A stretch of 63,569 nt of DNA, counting the filler, from Octopus bimaculoides (Eukaryota): assembly GCF_001194135.2 (NCBI RefSeq). It is 9 parts of 8 records of this genome, joined end to end, with 100 filler letters (N's around TTAATTAATTAA, not from the genome) between each part and the next. Parts side by side here need not be neighbours in the genome. Positions count along the whole stretch, not along the records: positions 26,906 to 43,686 come from NC_068985.1; positions 43,787 to 48,152 come from NC_068981.1; 7 more parts are not named here. One strand, written 5' to 3'. A program made the translations under genes and the position numbers. Under the pieces are notes generated by a model, which did not search any database, had not been told where the DNA came from, and saw only the letters and a list, made by a program, of their open reading frames with translations. Positions 35,241-45,480 of this stretch are shown here, in pieces. How positions within the stretch are numbered: the first letter of the stretch is position 1; every line of letters starts with the position of its first letter.

Positions 35241-35424
35241 TTATCTAGGTAGGGGTGTTGGCCCAACAAAAACCCATTTTTACTGCAGAGCAGAGATGGT
35301 CCATACTAGTCAGGCCCCTATGTTTTGACCTGCCAGAATGCAAGGCCCAACCAGGAGCTTTCACTTTGCTGGCATAGTTCTGAGGGTCATCGAAGCACAT
35401 AAACTAGCACACCACAACAAGGAC
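35241..35424 (-). mobile_element. RTE-clade LINE 5' UTR fragment
   Basis: The minus strand ccttgttgtggtg...gatgaccctcagaactatgcc...ctcctggttgggcc...ggcaggtc...ggggcctgactagtatggacc resembles the 5' UTR of BovB/Expander-type RTEs (recognised from memory). Confidence 0.55.
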
Positions 35425-35644
35425 TGGACCTTGTGTTGGTTCATCCTCTCAGGGGTTGATCAAAAATTCTGATCTTGGCCAGAGGATTGCTGTAACTGTG
35501 AGAGAATCAGGCAAAATGTTAGAGAATTAGACAGTGGCAGCAGCAGTGGCAACAGTAGCAGCAACAGCTGTAGTAATGATAACAGTAGCAGTAGCAGCAG
35601 TGGCAGTGGCAGTACCAACAGCAACAGTGGAGGTAGAAGCAGTG

Positions 35645-35980
35645 GCAACTGCAGAGACACTGGCAACAACAGTAGCAACTGCAGAGACTGGCAACAACAG
35701 TAGCAACTGCAGAGACACTAGCAACAACAGTAGCAACTGCAGAGACTGGCAACAGCAGTGGCAACTGCAGAGACACTAGCAACAACAGTAGCAACTGCAG
35801 AGACACTAGCAACAACAGTAGCAACTGCAGAGACTGGCAACAGCAGTGGCAACAGCAGTGGCAACTGCAGAGACACTAGCAACAACAGTAGCAACTGAAG
35901 AGACACTAGCAACAACAGTAGCAACTGCAGAGACACTAGCAACAGTAGTGGCAACTGAAGAGACACTGGCAACAGGAGTG
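35645..35980. repeat. Minisatellite, 11 units of about 30 bp (GCAACTGCAGAGACACTAGCAACAACAGTA)
   Basis: Units of 30, 28, 30, 28, 30, 30, 40, 30, 30, 30 and 30 bp, embedded in a (GCA/ACA/GTA) tract. Confidence 0.95.
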
Positions 35981-36361
35981 ACCACAGTGACAACAGGCGC
36001 TGGAGGGAGGGGAAAATTTTTGGCAGCAGCACTAATGACAGCAGTAACAATGGTGGGAGTAGCAACAGCAGCAGCAACAATGGTGGTGGCAGCAACACTG
36101 ACATCAATGATGAAGGGTTCATTTCTATTAATACACCTGTCCCCCATAAGTCCTTTCACTGTATTCCACAGTGGATACCAAAAGGATTCTTTACAACTAC
36201 TCTAAGTGGACAGATGGTTTGCTAGAAATAACAACCAATAACAAAATAACAGTTTTCCTAAAAAAAACTGTGACATAGCGGAATACGTCTGGTACAATGA
36301 AATAAGATGGATGGTCACTTATGGTTACTTTAGGCAGTGAGCTGACCACTTATGGTCACTT

Positions 36362-36590
36362 TAGGCGGCGAGCTGGCAGAAACGTTAACAAGCCGGACGA
36401 AATGCTTAGCGGTATTTCGTCTGCCATTACGTTCTGAGTTCAAATTCCGCCGAGGTCGACTTTGCCTTTCATCCTTTCGGGGTCGATAAAATTAAGTTCC
36501 AGTTATGCACTGGGGTCGATGTAATCGACTTAATCCCATTGTCTGTCCTTGTTTGTCCTCTCTATGTCTAGCCCCTTGTGGGCAATAAAG
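36362..36590 (+). mobile_element. SINE family B, young, with 21-bp TSD
   Basis: TSD gaaataagatggatggtcact (36299-36319, 36590-36610). Confidence 0.92.
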
Positions 36591-36710
36591 AAATAAGATG
36601 GATGGTCACTGTTGGAATGGCTTCAATCAAGGATTTACTGGATCAGAGCTGACTTAACATAAAACATCATCAAAGGATAACAGGAGTAACAATAAACAAT
36701 GAAAGATAGG

Positions 36711-36990
36711 AAAGGTCACATTTAACCTGTAAGTCACAGATTATAAAGGTCACTATTAGTAAATAATTCAGATGTAAACCCCGGCACATGATTAAGCTAT
36801 AAGCCATGTGTTGTAAATATCACATTCTAGTAGTGATTCATAGAGGTTTTAAAGACCACAGTTTAACTGCAATTCAGGAGTCATAAAGGTCACATCTTAG
36901 CAATATATCAGCATTCATAAAGGTCACATTTTAGTGATATGCCATTTAATAATATGTCAGAGATTATAAAGGTCATAGTTTAACAATATG
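36711..36990 (+). repeat. Degenerate tandem repeat of about 34 bp containing five exact AAAGGTCA motifs
   Basis: AAAGGTCA at 36711, 36745, 36885, 36919 and 36968. Confidence 0.75.
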
Positions 36991-37241
36991 TCAGTGAATT
37001 GTGAAGTTTTGACACACAGATAAAGGCTTATCTATTGGGCTTTTCTTGGGACAGGAAAGGAAGTGGTTCAGATAGTGACTCTTTACAGCATGTACTCTAA
37101 AGAGAACAGGGCATTAGGAAGGGTATCTGACACTAGAAACCATATCAAAGCAGATACTGGAACCTGGCACAGCCCTCTCATTCATCTGTTCATGTAAAAC
37201 CCCAGCATGGAGGAAAGGAACAAAAGATGACAATCTCTCTC

Positions 37242-37513
37242 TTGCCAGTGACCCTGAACTGGCTCTTGTGCGGGGCCGTCATAGGATTTTCGAGCGAGAT
37301 CGTTGCCAGTGCCCCTGGACTGGCTCTTCGTACGGGTGACACGTAAGAGCACCCACTACACTCTCTGAGTGGTTGGCGTTAGGAAGGGCATCCAGCTGTA
37401 GAAACTCTGCCAAATCAGATTGGAGCCTGGTGTAGCCATCTGGTTTCACTAGTCCTCAGTCAAACCGTCCAACCCATGCTAGCATGGAAAGCGGACGTTA
37501 AACGACGACGACA
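37242..37513 (+). mobile_element. RTE 3' UTR and tail, well conserved
   Basis: gagtggttggcgttaggaagggcatccagctgtagaaac...catggaaagcggacgttaaacgacgacg. Confidence 0.88.
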
Positions 37514-37611
37514 ACATACATATATGATGGATGAACAGAAACAAGAAAATGACAAAGGTTTCACAAAGTGTGTTTATTAGTCTAACGTAACTTGAAAGGA
37601 AAGGAAAAGAG

Positions 37612-37648
37612 TCTTGACGTTTCAGAAGTTAGTCCTTCATCAAAAAAG
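37612..37648 (-). ncRNA. Minimal hammerhead-like motif (Penelope-associated type), C3 mutated
   Basis: Minus strand ttTGATGA-AGGA-ctaac-TTCT-GAAAC-GTC-aag. Confidence 0.5.
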
Positions 37649-38399
37649 TGAAAAAGAAGACACATGCACGCGCCACGTGCACGCACAAGCACACACACTC
37701 GCATATGTGTATGTGTGAGTGTGTGTGTGTGTGCATGTATGATGTGTGCGCGTGTGTGTGTGCACGTGTGTGTGTGTGTGTGTATATGTATATATATATA
37801 TATATAATATAGACACACAGACAGATAGACAGATTGACATACGCAGGTACATTGACAAGGAGGTAAAGAGATAAGTAGGAAGATAGGAAGAAACATCAAT
37901 ACATACATATAAACACATGCATGCACACACATGTGTATATGTATGTATGTATGTGTGTATGCATGTATGTATGTGTAAAGAAATGGAGAGACAACTAGAG
38001 TGATTGATAGCTGAAGTTAATTATGATATGCATGAATGGTTGAATCTTTTAAAACACTTTGGAAGCATTTTTAACTTTAGTCATTTGCTGAAAGCAAGAA
38101 TATATATATTTGTTTCCACCATGTTTGACTTCAACAAAAGTGTCACTTAACTTAAAAGAACAATAATATTCTATAATGATGTATGCATGTACATATATAT
38201 ANNNNNNNNNNNNNNNNNNNNNNNNNNNNNNNNNNNNNNNNNNNNNNNNNNNNNNNNNNNNNNNNNNNNNNNNNNNNNNNNNNNNNNNNNNNNNNNNNNN
38301 NNNNNNNNNNNNNNNNNNNNNNNNNNNNNNNNNNNNNNNNNNNNNNNNNNNNNNNNNNNNNNNNNNNNNNNNNNNNNNNATGAACAAGCAAGAAAAAAA

Positions 38400-38580
38400 C
38401 ACAAAAAAACAACAACGTGAGGACGTGGAATAAGTACAGTGTTATTGGACGCTCAGGAAAGGAAAGAAAAGAAGGAGGATTTCACGTTTCAAGCGAAGCT
38501 CTTCATCAGAAATATAGAAAAAGTCCAAAGAAGGGAAGACGGAGAAAGAAAATCGCCAACAATACACACGCGGTCACATA
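38400..38580 (-). mobile_element. Penelope-associated non-autonomous element / pLTR fragment carrying a minimal hammerhead
   Basis: Minus strand ATTT-CTGATGA-A-GAGC-TTC-GCTT-GAAAC-GTG-AAAT (38479-38513); its flank gaaaggaaag is shared with the motif at 37612. Confidence 0.55.
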
Positions 38581-38689
38581 TTGAAATGAATATATATATA
38601 TTCATACATTCAATTATGAAGGCAGCACTAGTGTTGTAAACATTATCACCCACACATACTTAATGAATGTGTTTTCCTTGTTCACCCAT

Positions 38690-38915
38690 TGTGTGTGTGT
38701 GTGTGTGTTTGTGTGTGTGTAACTTTGTGTCTGTGTTTGTCCCCCACCACTGCTTGACAGCTGGTGTTGGTGCATTTCTGTCTCTGTAACTTAGCAGTTT
38801 GGCAAAAAAAAAAAAAGCGACTGGTGTTCAATTCATTTGACTAAAAATTCTTCAGCATGGTGCTCCAGCATGGTCGCAGTCTAATGACTGAAAGAAGCCA
38901 AAGATAACAGATAAA
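38690..38915 (+). mobile_element. SINE family A, A1 tail
   Basis: gtttgtcccccaccactgcttgacagctggtg...gctccagcatggtcgcagtc. Confidence 0.8.
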
Positions 38916-39366
38916 ATAAAGATGCATGCATGTATGTATGTATGTATGTATGTATGTATGTGTGCATGCATGTATGGATACACACACATGTTCAGTAAAC
39001 CATATACAAGAATCTAGAAGACTCTATTTCCCTCCTAACTTACAATTCACCTTCTACTACTACCACAGTCACCACCACCACGACCACCACCACCACCATC
39101 CTACCACTACATCACCACCCTTACAACATCACCATCGCCATCACCAACACCACCATCACCACCAGCACCAACTTCACCACATCCTCACATTCACCACCAC
39201 CACCATCATCACCACCACCACCACATCACCACTACCACCACCACCGCCACTACCACCACATCTCCTTACACTCTATACCATTTCACATGAACTTCCCTTC
39301 AAAATTGTTCTTCCTGCCTCCTTTGTCTTGGCAAGATTTTGGCACTTCCCAAGTCATTTCACAAAT

Positions 39367-39368
39367 AC

Positions 39369-39424
<56 letters not shown>
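39367..39424. repeat. (TAC)n microsatellite, preceded by a (CAC)-rich tract
   Basis: Read directly from the sequence. Confidence 0.97.
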
Positions 39425-39425
<1 letters not shown>

Positions 39426-39689
39426 ATGCTGCTGCTGTTGTTGTTTGAATTAGCTAATTGATCTAAGGGTAATTATTGTACTTTTTCTTGATTAGTGTCA
39501 TGAAATAATGGTTCCCTCTCACCATTTTCTTTTTTGTTTTTTTCTTGTTTTTATTTATTCAATTTTTTGGGGGAAATTATTATTTTTGCATGTTTTGCTA
39601 TTATTGTATAGTTAATGCTGTCAGTGTGACATCATAAACTATTACGACTTTTACCATCATCCCTGCCATCGTTTCCATCATTCTTATTG

Positions 39690-39701
39690 TCATCATTATT
39701 G

Positions 39702-39747
<46 letters not shown>

Positions 39748-39793
39748 TTTTGAAATCAGCAACAGCTTCTTCAATATGCTGCCATCATCATTA

Positions 39794-39841
<48 letters not shown>

Positions 39842-39897
39842 ACACAAACACTCATTAACATCACCATCACCATCATCATCATCACCATCATCATCAC

Positions 39898-39932
<35 letters not shown>

Positions 39933-40127
39933 CCACAACAATAATCATTGTCATTCACCTTCTCCTCATCATCCTCATTATCATCAGCATCATCATCCTC
40001 ATTATCATCATCAGCATCAGCATCCTCAGCAGCAGTGGTAGCAGCAGCAGCAGCAGCAGCAGCAGTAACAACAGCAGCAACAGCAGCAGCAGTACCATCA
40101 TTACTATCACTATCAGCACCACAAAAG

Positions 40128-40164
<37 letters not shown>

Positions 40165-40170
40165 ACTCAT
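39690..40170. repeat. Compound (CAT)n/(CA)n/(CAG)n low-complexity tract
   Basis: Read directly from the sequence. Confidence 0.95.
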
Positions 40171-40526
40171 CACCATACTCATCCTAATTTGCACTACTGT
40201 TTTAATTGTCAACCTCCAAGCCTCTCGTTATAATAATCATCATCATTATCATAAACATTGTTACACTCTGTCACACCTTCATCATCATTACCATTATCAT
40301 AATCAACATAAACATTGTTATGTTAAAACTCACAATCTTTAATAATCTCCCATGGTTACCACACCTCTAGGGTGCTTAATAGCACTCAGAAAGTGAAATG
40401 TGTAGAGAGTAAAGTCTGTTAATGGTAATACATCTTAACTTCATACTTTGCTAATGCTAAACTATCTTCAGATGACAAAATTCAACCAGTCAATAAAAGA
40501 AATAAACATATCACATATCATATTAA

Positions 40527-40739
40527 CCCATTAGCACCCATGGTCCTTTTTGTAGGACCAGAAGGATAATCTATCATATTTCTGCAACGCTAGTACTTTT
40601 CTGAGATATCTTTAGTTAGTCGTCAAGACTGGAATGTCTTTCAAATATTGGAATAAATATATTTAGTATCAGATAAAGTTGTATAAAAAAAAAAAGATTT
40701 TTGGTAATAAATTAAATAAAAAAATTGGGCACTAATGGG
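40527..40739. mobile_element. TTAA-flanked piggyBac-like MITE (another family)
   Basis: TTAA|CCCATTAGCACCCA...TGGGCACTAATGGG|TTAA, TIR identity 12/14. Confidence 0.85.
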
Positions 40740-40842
40740 TTAACTAGTTGAGTTTTGAAATTTCATGTTACAAAAAATTATCAGAGTATATCGTGTAAAG
40801 TAGCTATTTAAGCAATGTGTGCATGGATGGTTAATTGGCTGG

Positions 40843-40893
40843 AAGTGGTACTGAAGAAGGATCAAAAACTCCTGAAATATGCATATACGCCTT
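40843..40893 (+). ncRNA. Candidate type I hammerhead ribozyme with intact core
   Basis: AAG-tg-GTA | CTGAAGA | AGGA-tcaaaaac-TCCT | GAAA | T-atgc-AT-A | TAC-gc-CTT. Confidence 0.55.
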
Positions 40894-41140
40894 TACCTAT
40901 TTTTCAATTTTCAATCACATTGTTTACATAGACATATTCATATACAAAACATTGTAACTTTCAGTACTGGCTCTAATTTCTATAGAAAATCAATAGAGAT
41001 AGCTTTAAAGAAAGTGACTGAATCGCACTGCTAACACAAGTAGGACTAGTATTAACCTGTAAGCATTTAATATACTTGGTGGTATATAATGCTGAATAAC
41101 GCAATATGATGGTCCCTCTCAGCAATTGTTATTGCTGGTA

Positions 41141-41547
41141 TACTCTTACTCTTTTTACTTGTTTCAGTCATTTGACTGTGGCCATGCTGGAGCACCGCCT
41201 TTAGTCGAACAAACCGACCCCAGGAATAATTCTTTGGAAGCCTAGTACTTATTCTATCAGTCTCTTTTGCCAAACTGCTAAGATACGGGGACGTAAACAC
41301 ACCAGCATCGGTTGTTAAGTGATGTTGGGGGGACAAACACAGATACACAAACACATACACGCACACATACATATCTACATATATACGACGGGCTTCTTTC
41401 AGTTTTCCGTCTACCAAATTCACTCACAGGTCTTTGGTCGGCCTGAGGCTATAGTAGAAGACACTTGCCCAAGGTACCACGCAGTGGGACTGAACCCGGA
41501 ACCATGTGGCTGGTAAGCAAGCTACTTACCACACAGCCACTCCTGTG
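41141..41547 (-). mobile_element. SINE family A (A1 tail), full length
   Basis: Near-consensus reverse complement. Confidence 0.92.
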
Positions 41548-41578
41548 TATAATCTGTTTATATGTATATCATCTAGAT

Positions 41579-42106
41579 CAGTAGTTCTCAGTTGGGGTTT
41601 ATATAGCTGCTGAAGGTCCATATACGATTTGGGGGTGGAGGTGGGGGGTCCATGCAACGAAATAGTAAATTGGGGATCCAATAACATTTTAAGGACCCCT
41701 GATAAAATTTTGCTTTAGATGCATGTTTTGGTACATTTTTCAAGAACTAGTTGGGTTCCTTACTATAACACTTTACATAGGTCAACCTGCACAAGTTAAA
41801 TGCATGCAAAGTAAAATAGGAATTTAAAAAAAAGTTTCTATAAAACTGGAGAAGCTGCTGACCTCCCCTGCTTGAAGGTTATAAAGGACACAGGTTCGTG
41901 TGTCACATAGCTAGCTAGAGGCGATGGCCTCTTGGAGCTAACCAACGGCAGCATTCGTCCTATGTTTTTGGACTGCCATGTTGGCTTGGCGATAACTATT
42001 AATATAGTTTTTAAACATCAAATGGCAATGGGGGGAATGGGGTCCACCAGAATAAAATAATAATCAAAGGGGTTTATAGATTTTTTTAAATGGTTGGGAA
42101 ACCCTG
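41579..42106 (+). mobile_element. hAT (Charlie-like) MITE, copy 2, with an insert of about 155 bp
   Basis: CAGTAGTTCTCAG...GGTTGGGAAACCCTG; TSD atctagat / atctctat (NTCTAGAN-type target); colinear with 3946-4283. Confidence 0.85.
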
Positions 42107-42185
42107 ATCTCTATGATGAAGATCAAGCAAGCCTGCTCATGGGATTGTATAATTTATTAATAAGTATGATTCTAATGTACATCGC

Positions 42186-42901
42186 AAGTTATTTCATGTT
42201 AAAGTTGTTGTATTTCTGTAATTTCAACCAATCACTGACGTCTATTCAGCTGAATACAGTCAGTGCTGGCCAGTCATAAAAATGTTATTCCCTGTGATAT
42301 ATTTCATCCGGTTTAATCGTAATTTATACGCATATATTGTTTATATAATAAATTACACTGTGCGTATCTATGTGTGTAACAATTTTAGAGTTCGGATTCT
42401 AGAGTTAGGGTTAGTTTTAGGGTTAGGGGTGGGGTTAGGGTTAGGGTTAACAGTCTGTGTGTGTATATTTTTCCCATAACCTCACTCATAACCCTAACCC
42501 TAACCCTAACCCTAACCCCAACCCTAANNNNNNNNNNNNNNNNNNNNNNNNNNNNNNNNNNNNNNNNNNNNNNNNNNNNNNNNNNNNNNNNNNNNNNNNN
42601 NNNNNNNNNNNNNNNNNNNNNNNNNNNNNNNNNNNNNNNNNNNNNNNNNNNNNNNNNNNNNNNNNNNNNNNNNNNNNNNNNNNNNNNNGGTGCATTAATA
42701 ATTCTGGTAGCTCCAATAACAAGTGCAGGCAATATTCAAGTATTTTGATGGCTTTTTCCTCTTTGTTTACGAACAGTCTAGTTAATCGGAAATGTCAGAA
42801 CTAACGGGGATTAATACCATATACACCGTCACAGCAGTTACTGTATTCAGTGATTAGTTGAAATTATCGAAATAAGACAATTTTTAACGTGAAATAACTT
42901 C
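42186..42901. mobile_element. Inverted-repeat element enclosing (TTAGGG)n and (CCCTAA)n tracts
   Basis: 42186-42260 matches the reverse complement of 42840-42901; TTAGGG-like tract at 42405-42449; (CCCTAA)n at 42489-42527 running into a gap. Confidence 0.65.
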
Positions 42902-43786
42902 AAATACAAAATTTATTATCTGTTCTATACCACAAAATATACAAGTATACGAAGTTTGAAAGTGTTTCGGTACCAAAAACACTACATAAAAAAATGTTGC
43001 CCGTCAAATCACAAGGGTCCGAGATAAGATGAGGGAGTGAGAAAGTGAGTGAGTGCAACAAAGATGGAAGGGGAGAGATGAAGCTATCACTACAAAGCTA
43101 AACCCTTTCTCCTTCACCTTTCTTATTTTCTCACCTGACTCTGAATATAAAACTGAGTTTCTTTTTGGTATTTACCACAGCGGAATTAGCTTCATACCAA
43201 TAACTATATTTATATAGTCATTCTCATATATCCTTGTGTCTTTCCTCTCTCCACCTCAACTTTTCACTCCCTCCTTCTCTCTCTTTCTTCCTTAATTCAC
43301 TTTCTCTCTCCTCCTCCCCACACACACTCACACAAACACTCTCTCACACCTTCAAACACTGTTGTACACACACACACAATCCCGCACACACACACTCTCT
43401 CTCGCTCTCTCTTCTTTGCATATTCAAACATACTGTCACATACACATACTTACACAATCACATGCACGTGCACACACAAACAGACACACATTCAAGCACA
43501 GTTATGATACACACACACACACAGTCACCATACACGCACACACATATACACACACATTCACACACAGTCATCATACACACACACATGCATTGAAACAAAG
43601 TCACCATACACACACACACACACACACATTCAAACACAGTCATCATACACAGACACACACACACATTCAAACACAGTCATCATACANNNNNNNNNNNNNN
43701 NNNNNNNNNNNNNNNNNNNNNNNNNNNNNNTTAATTAATTAANNNNNNNNNNNNNNNNNNNNNNNNNNNNNNNNNNNNNNNNNNNN

Positions 43787-44034
43787 GTGTGTGTGTGTAT
43801 ATGTGTGTATGTATGTGTGTGTTTGTGTGTATGTGTTTGTCCCCCAACCATCGCTTAACAACAGATAGTGGTGTGTTTATGTCCCTGTAACTTAGCGGTT
43901 CGGCAAAAGAAACCGATAGAAGAAGTACTATGCTTACAAAGAATAAAGCCCGGGGTCGATTTGCTGGACTAAAGGCGGTACTCCAGCATGGCCGCAGTCA
44001 AATGACTGAAAAAAAGTAAAAGAGTAAAAGAGTA
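43787..44034 (+). mobile_element. SINE family A, A1 tail
   Basis: Consensus tail ending (GTAAAAGA)n. Confidence 0.88.
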
Positions 44035-44884
44035 TCATAAAACACGTAAATCAGACTAGATTTTAACTTCTATATAAACTTACTTAAACTTATTTAAAGC
44101 TATGTCTGTTCTAAAAAGTATGTTCATGATTTGCAATTCGTTTTTCAATAAAACCTTCAGTTGACCAAATGTAAATATATTTTTCCCTTTAGATTCAACT
44201 TAAAATCTATACACAAGAATAATACGCATACTAAAATTATTGAGATAACATTTATCATTAAGGCTATAATCACAAGTTTTAGCGACATACTTATCAATAA
44301 CTGAATTTTTATCATTTGTGATAGAATCAATGATGTCTAATGTTTTGCTATTAATTGTTGAAGAGATATTTGTAAACACATTTTTAGATACGGAAAAACC
44401 AATCCTGAAAATGTTATTATTAATTATTTTCTCATATTTATCTTCTTTTTTAAAATGCTTAGATAGCGATCTGTAAAAAAAAAAGTTTAGTAAATATATT
44501 TTTTTTTAAATTCACTAATGGATATCATTCAAAACAAATTGCTGGATTTATATTTGTTTTAATTATTATATATTATAGTATGATAATAGTATATTATAAT
44601 GAAATAAATTTTAAATATCTGAATTCTATTTTTCTATTTTCTTTAGTATATGTTTATATATATATATATATATATATAAAATAAAATAACAAAAACATAT
44701 ATACTTATATATATATCCATATATAATATTACCAGACACACAACAAATGGATAATTCACATACAAGTCGTACCTCATCAGTCATCCTCGAAAAGATCATA
44801 TCTGGTTTGTTCCCCACCACACACACGTATACACACACACACACGCGCGCGCATACACACACACACATATATATAGGTATGTAG

Positions 44885-45240
44885 ATGTTAAATGTGGCAG
44901 AAAAAATCGGATCTAGAAGTGTCATATTGGTATTCGTGCGAAAAAGTAATGGGAGTCATGACGGATATTTAACAATAACTAACGGCTACAATGTGTGATT
45001 TTAATACCATTGACTAATGTGTCCAGCCACAGTTGGGCGGGATACCAACTGCTCTGTCTGCAATAACAAGGCCGATATCGCTACCAATATCAAGCAGGCA
45101 CTCGAGGATTTTTCGGAGACACATTGAATAAATCTTGCGTCAGATTGTGGAGCCGTCTTGAAGTTGTGATGGAAGCCAGAGCAATCTATTATTTCCCAAA
45201 TGTGCGCAAATTTTAAAATTTAGTCCGAACAATTTGTATA
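44885..45240 (+). mobile_element. Tc1/mariner (maT/DD37D-like) remnant, 3' part
   Basis: Frameshifted VGRDTNCSVCNNKADIATNIKQALEDF...SCVRLWSRLEVVMEA; the end aaatttagtccgaacaatttgTA matches the reverse complement of the 5' end at 51783. Confidence 0.7.
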
Positions 45241-45284
45241 TATATATAGATGATTTATGGTTCAATATATTTTCTGCTCTCAAG

Positions 45285-45480
45285 GAGGCGAGCTTGCAGA
45301 ATCGTTAGCACGCCGGGCAAAATGCTTAGTGGCATTTCGTCCGTCTTTACTGTCTGAGGTCGACATTACCTTTCATTCTTTCGAGGTTGATGAAATAAAT
45401 ATCAGTTGAGTTCTGGGATCGATGTAATTGACGTGCCTCTCGTATAAAACTTCTGGCCTTGTACCAAAATTTGAAATTGA
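45285..45480 (+). mobile_element. SINE family B
   Basis: ggcgagcttgcagaatcgttagcacgccgggcaaaatgc...ggccttgtaccaaaatttgaaa. Confidence 0.85.

Noticed and set aside
35534-36205. Ala/Thr-rich mucin- or antifreeze-like ORFs
   Set aside because: These are translations of a minisatellite whose 2-bp indels break the frame; there is no signal peptide or splice support.
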